A DNA stretch of 64,000 bases from a virus (IMGVR_UViG_3300033571_011534:1-64000), one strand, 5' to 3'; counted from the stretch's first letter, positions 39,980 to 47,568 are shown. The notes: generated by a model not told the origin, from the letters alone. Numbers and translations are program-made.

Positions 39980-40543
39980 ATGGGAACTAGAGGAATAACA
40001 GAAGTAATTTACAATGGCGAGACTGTAGTTAGCCAGTATGGTCAATGGGACCACTACCCAAGCGGTCAGGGTATCACAGCGTTCAAGTTTCTACGCAGCC
40101 AAGAAAACATCGACAACCTAAAGAAAAACCTTAGCCTAGTCTATGTTCCAAGTGATGAGGAATACAAGTCTATTGTTAGCAAGTATTCTGATGAGCGTGG
40201 AATGATGACTATGGAGCAAGGTGAAGAGTATAGCAAGATGTATCCAAGTCTTACTAGAGATACTGGTGCTGGTATCCTTGAGGTAATTGCTAACGCTACC
40301 AATCCAGTTCCGTTGTTCCTGGACCTAGAGTTCAAAAACGACAGACTGTTTTGTGAGGGTGTCTACACAATCAACCTAGATGACAACACTTTCACAACTA
40401 GATACAATCGCTATGAAAATGAAAATGATGAAGATACTTTGACTTTATCTTTTGAGCAGATTCTTTACACAGGTGAAGATGACTATCTGGAAAAAGCAAA
40501 GTGTGGAGTCTATCAGTATCTCAAGGCTGAGGCTTTAGCCTAA
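39980..40543 (+). CDS. Hypothetical phage protein
   Basis: MGTRG...QYGQWDHYPSGQG; GAAAGTAG RBS. Confidence 0.75.
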   Translation: MGTRGITEVIYNGETVVSQYGQWDHYPSGQGITAFKFLRSQENIDNLKKNLSLVYVPSDEEYKSIVSKYSDERGMMTMEQGEEYSKMYPSLTRDTGAGILEVIANATNPVPLFLDLEFKNDRLFCEGVYTINLDDNTFTTRYNRYENENDEDTLTLSFEQILYTGEDDYLEKAKCGVYQYLKAEALA

Positions 40544-40766
40544 CAAAGATACCCTGCCAGCTTGACAAACTGGTGGGGATCTGGTCGGGCCCAAAACTAG
40601 TAATTTGTCAAGTTTACGATTATAACAATTTTTCCCCTGAATTGTTATAAAAAAAATAGGGCGTGGCTCTTGATAATGTCGGAGGTATGCCCTATAATTT
40701 AGGAGTAGCAAAAACGACTACTAAATAGAAAAATCCTAGTGGAAAGACTAGGTGAAAGGAAGCAAA

Positions 40767-40922
40767 ATGGCAAATGTAATTGCCCCCGTTGTTGGCTCAC
40801 AATACACTACTCAGAAATCAGGTGTTTCTGGGATTGTTCAGGAAGTAGTGGCAAATAAGACTGGCACTTATCGTGTTCGTCTTGATGTAAATGGTCAGCC
40901 ACGCTGGACAACTATCAAGTAA
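40767..40922 (+). CDS. Small beta-rich early protein (51 aa)
   Basis: GAAAGGA RBS; MANVIAPVVGSQYTTQKSG. Confidence 0.65.
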   Translation: MANVIAPVVGSQYTTQKSGVSGIVQEVVANKTGTYRVRLDVNGQPRWTTIK

Positions 40923-40933
40923 TAAATTAGTTT

Positions 40934-40970
40934 GAGGGGGTAGAGTTATTTATCCTTTCGCTACCCCCTC
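40934..40970 (+). ncRNA. Hairpin with anti-RBS loop (AGUUAUUUAUCCUUUCG)
   Basis: Perfect 10-bp stem GAGGGGGTAG/CTACCCCCTC. Confidence 0.55.
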
Positions 40971-41030
40971 TCCTAAAATGTCTTACCCTGCCCCTATAAT
41001 GTAATTACCCCAAATAGAAAGTAGAAACAA

Positions 41031-41477
41031 ATGGCTAGAACCCTGTCCGTAAAAGTTCCAACAAGCAAACTAATCGCAGACATTGAGGCAAGTATTGCTA
41101 AGATTGACGCAGACATTGAGGCGTATGCTGGAAAGCGTAAGCAGTATGAAGCAGACATAAAGCAGTATGAGAAAGACCTTGTTGCTTTTGCGATTGACGC
41201 ACTAAAGAACCCAGACAACATTGGAACAGAACACAACGCACTAATTCGCATCACAACCAACAACTACCGCAACGCTGTATCTGTTGATTTTGATACTGAG
41301 GCACTTGGCTTTCCAAAGCGACCAGAAGAGCCAGCCAGACCAAATGAAAAAAGTTATTTTGGTAGGGACTACACCACACGCAAGGAAATCCTAGAGAAGA
41401 ACCTTCGTATTCTCAAGATGACCTCGCAAGAGGAAGTATCAGCGAGTTCATACTCATCTGTTATTGACCTAATCTAA
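41031..41477 (+). CDS. Hypothetical coiled-coil protein
   Basis: GAAAGTAG RBS; motif promoter. Confidence 0.75.
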   Translation: MARTLSVKVPTSKLIADIEASIAKIDADIEAYAGKRKQYEADIKQYEKDLVAFAIDALKNPDNIGTEHNALIRITTNNYRNAVSVDFDTEALGFPKRPEEPARPNEKSYFGRDYTTRKEILEKNLRILKMTSQEEVSASSYSSVIDLI

Positions 41478-41479
41478 TC

Positions 41480-41747
41480 TTATTCGCACAAATACTGTGT
41501 AGGCAACTACTCTAAAGCTGAAGCGAATAATCACCTGAGCAAGTGGCTAAACTGCTCACTAGATTTGGTAAGGCAGATGCTATTTGCTGTTGCTGAATAG
41601 AAGTGAGTGCTAGCACAAAAACTTCGTTCCTTACCTCCAAAGATTGATCCTGCTAATTGTAATGGTACACTGGGCTTGGATCAATACCCCCTGTTGCAAT
41701 CAATTTGATAGATGCCCAGTTCGAACGAAGCATCTCGCAGGGGGATC
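41480..41747 (+). ncRNA. Structured non-coding RNA cluster, includes pseudoknot copy 2 (41532-41558)
   Basis: Multiple nested stems and a putative kissing loop; no ORF. Confidence 0.55.
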
Positions 41748-41895
41748 TTCCCATTTTTGGGTCGGGCCGCCGTTACCAAATTGTTATTTACGAAGACTAA
41801 TTATTTTTTCCTAGATTCTTGACAAATGTCAGAGGGTGGCTGTAAAATAGTCTCAACAAACAAATAACTAATAACCCTAATAGAAAGTAGATAAA

Positions 41896-42897
41896 ATGGC
41901 ACACTTGCTAGAACAGTCCGCAACAGGCGAAACCGCTTTTGCTTCTTTTCGTGAGCCTGCTTGGCACCAGCTAGGCACAGTTTTCAATGAAGAAGTCTCA
42001 ACTAACAAGATGTTGAAACTCGCACACCTTGACAACTGGAATGTTCGCTTGGAAGATGTAGCGATTCCAAATGGTTTTGAGAGTGACAAGAATTATTTCT
42101 TCGTGACTAGAACTAACCCATTCAACAAAGAGCAAAATGATGTCCTTGGCGTAGTTGGTGAAAGATACAATGTTCTTCAGAATGAAGACTTATTTGATTT
42201 CGGTGATGCCCTGCTAGATGGTGGTCGCTGGGAAACTGCTGGTTCAATCAAGAACGGAAGACAGGTTTTCGGTTCTCTTGCTCTTGAGCGTGAAACAGTT
42301 CTTGACCCTAACGGCGTGTCAGATGTTGTAAAGTCTTATTTGCTAATCAACACTAGCCACGACGGCTCAGTTGCTATTCAGGCAAGTATCACACCTGTTC
42401 GTGTTGTATGTGCTAACACTCTAAATCTTGCTCTTGGTAAAGGCAACAGAGGTGTCAAGCAAACTTTCAAGATTCGCCACACCGCAACAGCATCTGGCAA
42501 GGTTGCTCAAGCTAGAGAGGCTCTTGGTCTTGCTAATAAGTATCTTGATGAGTTTGATAAGCTTGCTCAGTCTATGATTGCTAAAGAAATTACTAAGGCT
42601 CAGTTTGACAAGATTGTTGAGCTTGCTTATCCAAAGCCTGACAAGGACACAAAGGGTGCTGTCAAGAAGTGGGAAAACAAAACAGACATTCTTCAGGGAA
42701 TCTATGTTGGCTCAACTAACGGAATGATTGCTGGAACTGCTTGGGGTGCTTTCAACGCTCTAACAGAGAGACTAGACTGGTATCGCACTGCTAGAGGTGG
42801 TTCTAACGAATCTATTCTAGCTGCTGCTTCTGGTTTTGACCCTGTGACTACCGCAGAAAAGAACAGACTGCTTCAGCTGGTCTTGGCTAACGCCTAG
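41896..42897 (+). CDS. DUF932-family phage/plasmid protein
   Basis: PAWHQLG, YNVLQNEDLF, WETAGSIKNGRQVF, SHDGS, TPVRVVCANTL, GTAWGAFNA. Confidence 0.85.
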   Translation: MAHLLEQSATGETAFASFREPAWHQLGTVFNEEVSTNKMLKLAHLDNWNVRLEDVAIPNGFESDKNYFFVTRTNPFNKEQNDVLGVVGERYNVLQNEDLFDFGDALLDGGRWETAGSIKNGRQVFGSLALERETVLDPNGVSDVVKSYLLINTSHDGSVAIQASITPVRVVCANTLNLALGKGNRGVKQTFKIRHTATASGKVAQAREALGLANKYLDEFDKLAQSMIAKEITKAQFDKIVELAYPKPDKDTKGAVKKWENKTDILQGIYVGSTNGMIAGTAWGAFNALTERLDWYRTARGGSNESILAAASGFDPVTTAEKNRLLQLVLANA

Positions 42898-42902
42898 CCA
42901 AA

Positions 42903-42929
42903 AGTCCTGAGCATGACTAAAAACTGCTC
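42903..42929 (+). ncRNA. H-type pseudoknot motif, copy 3
   Basis: AGTC-CTGAGCAT-GACT-AAAAAC-TGCTC. Confidence 0.55.
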
Positions 42930-43088
42930 TCCATTCATTTGCCAGGATCTAAAATTTTGGGCCGAGGGCCTAAAATAAACTTAATTAATAAAAAATCTTA
43001 ATTACGAACTATCAAAAAAATTCGCAGAAATCTTGATAAATGTCGGAGGGTCATGTCATAATAGACCTACCCTAAAGAAAGTAGACAA

Positions 43089-43283
43089 ATGCCCAAATAC
43101 TATGTGAAGATGCGTATTGACTTTGCTGGTGAGCTAGAAGCAGAATCAGCTGAGGCAGCCGAACAACTAGCTTGGACTAGTTGGGGAGACTCTATGGACA
43201 ACGACATAACCTATGATGGTGTTTATGACATTGACGTAGAAGAGATTGAAGATGATGAGGAAGATGAGGAAGAAGATGAATAA
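43089..43283 (+). CDS. Small very acidic protein
   Basis: GAAAGTAG RBS; EAESAEAAE motif. Confidence 0.7.
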   Translation: MPKYYVKMRIDFAGELEAESAEAAEQLAWTSWGDSMDNDITYDGVYDIDVEEIEDDEEDEEEDE

Positions 43284-43418
43284 GCACTTCCGCTGCCAGA
43301 CTACAATTTCTTTTGACCAGGTATCAGATGGATACTATGCACAATGCCCTAGTTGCGATGAAGACCTATTTAGTTTTGAGGTCGTATAATGTCAGAGGGT
43401 AGTGTTATAGTATCTACT

Positions 43419-43655
43419 ATGAAAGTATGCCCCAATCATTCAGGTAGTTTTGACTGTACCCCCTTTTGTCGTATCTGTGAGGGAAACCAGGAGTACGAGT
43501 CAAACGGCTACCTACCATGTAACAGATTCGGCCACTGTGGAGAATACATTGAGGAGGACATCTGGCATGAGGAGCTAGGCTTCTGTGTTGAATGTTCTCA
43601 CTTATACTGGGACCAAGAGCTAGACCCATTTACACTAGAGAGGATAGAGCAGTGA
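43419..43655 (+). CDS. Small Cys-rich protein
   Basis: Leaderless start 7 nt after TATAGT. Confidence 0.6.
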   Translation: MKVCPNHSGSFDCTPFCRICEGNQEYESNGYLPCNRFGHCGEYIEEDIWHEELGFCVECSHLYWDQELDPFTLERIEQ

Positions 43656-44097
43656 AAGAGTGGACCACCTTTATAAATAAATCTAATAAGAATGAGTTTG
43701 AGACTCTGCTAGCAGACATAATGTCAGAGGCTCTTGCTAAACTAGATACTGTCCCTGATGAAGAACTAGAAAGGCTAATTGACTGTGAGTAAAACTTGGC
43801 AAGTAGAATACAACGCTACCTATTGGGTAGAAGCAGAAACAGAAGACGAGGCTATTGAGTTGGCTATTGAATCACACGCTGACCTACCTAACGGAGACTG
43901 GGAAGCACACATTGAGCAGAAGTGGGAGACGAAAGCATAATGGCTACCAGCGAAATGGAAAAGATTGGATACGAGAATGGTATTAGATTTGCTATTCATT
44001 CCATAGAAAAATCTCTAGACAATCCAGCACTAAACATCTTGACACCAAAGCAGAGTCTTGGTATCCTATTAGCATCACTAAGAATGGAGATTCAGTA

Positions 44098-44295
44098 ATG
44101 TCCTATGTATTAGAACAAACAAGCTATGTTTCAGAAGACGGAAACTTTGGAACAGGCTACCTACTAACATTCCCCTACAATGCGCTGACTGAAGAGCAGT
44201 GGGAAGTATTGGACATGCTAAACGATAGCTCTAAGATGGAGTATGCCCACGCTATCCTAAATGGACAGGCTGACCTATCGGAGTGGGAAGGCTAA
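44098..44295 (+). CDS. Small acidic protein
   Basis: ORF track. Confidence 0.6.
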   Translation: MSYVLEQTSYVSEDGNFGTGYLLTFPYNALTEEQWEVLDMLNDSSKMEYAHAILNGQADLSEWEG

Positions 44296-44567
44296 TGGCC
44301 AAAGAGGTCTGGAGTGTGTCTGTCTACAAAGAAGGCATAATCGAAATAGACACTGATGAAATGACTATCGAACAGGCGGTAGAGGATTGGGTCTATGACC
44401 TGGAAGTTGACTACGACCTAATTGAAAGAGTGGAAGGCTAGTCCTTCCATTTTTTCGGTCGGGGCTGATCTTTAAATAAAATACTTATAAATAAAAAACC
44501 TTTAAGATCTCATTATTTTTTTTCCCAGATCCTTGATAATGTCAGTGGGTAGCAGTATACTATAGTC

Positions 44568-44954
44568 ATGAAAGTAAAGTTGATTGATCCAGAAAAAGCT
44601 AAAAACGTATTGGGACTAGACAAGGAAGAGCACTGGGTTGCCCCTTCTGTTGTTGTCAACACCCCCAAAGGCCTAGCCGTAGTTTGCTATGAAGGTGTAG
44701 GCTGGTTCGAAAACGAGGGCAAGTACAAGATCCTTGTTGGAGATGAATGGAATGATTGGGTAAAAGAAATCACTAAGGATGAACTTATTAGTATTATTTC
44801 TAATAAGGAAACTACCCTTCATCAGTTAATTGATCCGCACAATGATAGGACTAGATCTAATCTATCGATCTGGGAGAATCAGATTAAGAATACCCCGCAA
44901 AATGTCGTAGGGTTAGGTTATAATGAGGAAAAGAAAGAGGTGGCAAATGCCTGA
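44568..44954 (+). CDS. Hypothetical protein
   Basis: Leaderless, 6 nt after TATACT of motif promoter. Confidence 0.7.
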   Translation: MKVKLIDPEKAKNVLGLDKEEHWVAPSVVVNTPKGLAVVCYEGVGWFENEGKYKILVGDEWNDWVKEITKDELISIISNKETTLHQLIDPHNDRTRSNLSIWENQIKNTPQNVVGLGYNEEKKEVANA

Positions 44955-45126
44955 ATACAAAGTTCAAAGAGAGTACACCAACTGGGAAGAAATTACAGTT
45001 GAGGCAGATTCGGAAGAGCAAGCTTTAGAGATTGCAGAGGACGACGAAGACTTATGGAACTATGCAATTGATGCTAGTTCATATAATTACACAGGTGAGA
45101 CCTGGGTAGGAGAAGCAGATGCCTAA
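44947..45126 (+). CDS. Small acidic protein
   Basis: VEADSEEQALEIA motif; GAGGTG RBS. Confidence 0.65.
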   Translation: MPEYKVQREYTNWEEITVEADSEEQALEIAEDDEDLWNYAIDASSYNYTGETWVGEADA

Positions 45127-45289
45127 GCACATGCATTACTTTAGCTATGGAGCCTGCATTCATTGCGGTAAGGCAGTCAACAAAGGCCTTGGCGTAGACC
45201 TGTACAAGGGAAAAAGGGTTTAAGAACCCTCTTGACAAAATCCCAGAATCCTGAGATAATAGTTTTACCCTAGAGAAAGTATAACCCCA

Positions 45290-45694
45290 ATGGAGAACAC
45301 AAAAGTAGAAGCGCCCTACACAGAGTACCAAGGTTGGAACGAATGGGCAGATAAATACAAGCCTATCAAGAATCACTTACGCAATGACCCAGACGAAACC
45401 ATGTTCGAGACCTATGGCGAAGAGGTTGAGTTTGTATCTAACTATGACAACAAGTATGTCTGGACCTATTTGCAAGGAGACATGTCTGACCTTATTTGTG
45501 CAGGCTATCACTATGTAAATAGATTAGGATACTACATCTCTGAGGTACCGTGGACGAACGAGGATGACTATGTCCTGCTATCAGTAGAAGTAGAATGCAA
45601 ATGCTACGACGAAGATGCATACGACGATGGTGGTTTTGGAAATCCAGAATGCCAAGAATGTGAAGGGTATGGCTATGTCACAAATTATGTATAG
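45290..45694 (+). CDS. Hypothetical protein with C-terminal Cys motifs
   Basis: FETYGEE...VWT...GYHYVNRLGYY. Confidence 0.7.
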   Translation: MENTKVEAPYTEYQGWNEWADKYKPIKNHLRNDPDETMFETYGEEVEFVSNYDNKYVWTYLQGDMSDLICAGYHYVNRLGYYISEVPWTNEDDYVLLSVEVECKCYDEDAYDDGGFGNPECQECEGYGYVTNYV

Positions 45695-46046
45695 GAATAA
45701 GAACAGAGACAAGACCAAGGTCGTCTATGACCTAAACATCTTTAAACGTGAGCTATTAAACGACGAAGGTGAATACGAGCACATGGGCCCCTGGTACATT
45801 CATATCTATGAATACGACGGTGGCAATATCGAAGAGGTAGGCGATCCGATTGAGTTGACGTCTGCTGAAGCTGATAGTCTTATTAATAATGACCCATACT
45901 TTCAAAACCATGAGCCAGACCTATGGTACGGCCTGGAGGGATTCATGTTTGAAAAGTGGGATGCATTGCCAGACAGGCTTAAGGCTGTATTTGAATGGTT
46001 ACCCAAGTACAAGGAAGACATGGGGTATGGCCTTGTCAATGATTAA
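45687..46046 (+). CDS. Hypothetical acidic protein
   Basis: ORF track (start trimmed to MYRNK). Confidence 0.6.
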   Translation: MYRNKNRDKTKVVYDLNIFKRELLNDEGEYEHMGPWYIHIYEYDGGNIEEVGDPIELTSAEADSLINNDPYFQNHEPDLWYGLEGFMFEKWDALPDRLKAVFEWLPKYKEDMGYGLVND

Positions 46047-46118
46047 ACTAAGATTGATGCGTTGAGCCAAGCTCCGCATCATATGGATACGACAGTTAGG
46101 GGTAGCTAGCGTATCCAG

Positions 46119-46158
46119 GGGGTGTCAGGACTTTTCCTACTTTCAGTCTTGACACCCC
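46119..46158 (+). ncRNA. Hairpin with anti-GAAAGTAG loop (UUUCCUACUUUC)
   Basis: 14-bp stem with one G-U. Confidence 0.55.
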
Positions 46159-46197
46159 AACCAATTTGTGGGATAATGGGCACAGGAGAATAACCAA

Positions 46198-46398
46198 TTG
46201 ACAATGAGTGATGAAGAAAAGGTCGCAGTAAAAATTACTGGACTTCTTTCTGACCATAGGCTAAACTTAGACAGGGTTGGCTTGTATGTGGCAAGAGAAG
46301 AACCAAGTAGCAATTACAGACGACTAATGATTGTGGCAGAAGCCGCTGATGAGGAATGGGAGAGCAGGTATGGCAGACACGACAGCAACAAGCTATGA
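46198..46398 (+). CDS. Hypothetical protein
   Basis: TTGACA-18-GATAAT promoter, AGGAG RBS. Confidence 0.65.
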   Translation: MTMSDEEKVAVKITGLLSDHRLNLDRVGLYVAREEPSSNYRRLMIVAEAADEEWESRYGRHDSNKL

Positions 46399-46660
46399 GG
46401 CAAAGTGTGAAATCCTTGCTGATGTTTGGATAGAGTATAGAGATGAAGAAGCCTTTCAGGAACTGATGGAGTTTGCTGACTTAGGCTTTCCACTTGCGTA
46501 TGCTGTTCAGGGCGGTATCATAGAGAGCAACGAACGAGTAGAAGAATTAGTAGAGGGAACTTTCACCTTGCTACTTCAGTTGCTCAAAGTTGATGACACT
46601 GGCTTTGACAGTATCACCCAGCTCTTTGACAAATCCGAAGAAGCAAATAAATCAAAATAA
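46370..46660 (+). CDS. Hypothetical acidic protein (paralog of 50983-51258)
   Basis: KCEILADVW...DLGFPLAY...DDTGF. Confidence 0.7.
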   Translation: MADTTATSYEAKCEILADVWIEYRDEEAFQELMEFADLGFPLAYAVQGGIIESNERVEELVEGTFTLLLQLLKVDDTGFDSITQLFDKSEEANKSK

Positions 46661-46908
46661 TTTTTGACCCAGCTTGACATTCGATCAAGACTGTGGTCGG
46701 GGTATGTTATCAAAATGTTATCAAACCACTATTGACAAAACCTTTACGATGGACTATAATATTTCCCTGAAATTTGATCGAGGTCTATCCAAACCTCAAA
46801 CCTTATATTGTTTAACATATTACGATCATCTGTAAAAAATCGCTGAAATATTTTACATATAGGTTTGGGTATTTTTGGCAATCTTATCAAACATGATATA
46901 CTTATGCC

Positions 46909-47106
46909 ATGAGTCCAAGACATTTCTATAGAGCATACTATCCAGAAGAAGCCAAGAAGATGGATCAAGCATATGCTGAAGCTGGTGTTATTATTGTAGA
47001 TACTGTTACTAGAGCATTTAAGAGGTTTGTTATTCCTTTCTTTGTACCTGGCCTCAGGGAGACTAATAATACTGACAAAGATAATGCCAAGGGCATCAAA
47101 GAATAA
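46909..47106 (+). CDS. Hypothetical protein
   Basis: TGATATACT -10 just upstream. Confidence 0.5.
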   Translation: MSPRHFYRAYYPEEAKKMDQAYAEAGVIIVDTVTRAFKRFVIPFFVPGLRETNNTDKDNAKGIKE

Positions 47107-47568
47107 CCCCATTCCCCCCTATATAAATAACATTACGAAGAACATAAAAAAATCGCTGAAATCTTTTTCTTTTGGCCAGATTTCATTTAAAATGGTTTAG
47201 TTTTTGATATTTTTATGGCCATATTTTATATAAAAAATGCTTGACATTTGACGGATATTATGGTATAAAGGTTTGGCGTTTAAGGGGTGTAAGGGTTTGG
47301 GGTTTGGTAAATGATTACGAGTTTAAGTTAATATGTGCTCCATTATCCACTATCCTCCATATCACTCCACTTTAACTCTATTAAACTTAATAAACAGTAA
47401 GATCTTTTATCCAAAACATGGTCTCTAAACATGCTCTAAATAGCCACAGAATCGATTTTGAGGGGGGTATACAAACCTTCGTATCTTGGATGTGGGGCTA
47501 TGGGGATATCTGGATATCAGGCTTATTTCTCTATAGTGTTATTGGTTATATAGGGGATGGTGGTTTGA

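Larger units (their letters stand above)
36699..44924. promoter_or_regulatory. 17 copies of promoter AATGTC-N12-TAnnnT (PafBC/RecA-NDp-type)
   Basis: Starts at 36722(-), 36926, 37188, 37412, 37853, 38136, 38389, 38917, 39931, 40675, 40977, 41825, 43039, 43388, 43720, 44538, 44901; invariant spacing; upstream of ORF starts. Confidence 0.85.
36823..47160 (+). repeat. Repeated intergenic module: GC box (GGCCGAGG/GGTCGGG) ... TTAMGA-N14/15-TCSCWGAA-like
   Basis: TTAMGA at 36857, 38108, 39904, 40614, 41788, 43002, 44502, 45220, 46744, ~46820, 47133. Confidence 0.75.

Noticed and set aside
39837-42929. preQ1-I riboswitch or pistol/hammerhead identity for the pseudoknot
   Set aside because: Similar topology and A-rich tail, but located 3' of ORFs, lacks the preQ1 loop consensus and ribozyme core motifs; needs Infernal to exclude fully.
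36600-47200. CRISPR array or integron cassette interpretation of the repeated elements
   Set aside because: Repeats are short, degenerate and separated by whole genes; no cas or integrase, no attC-type palindromes.
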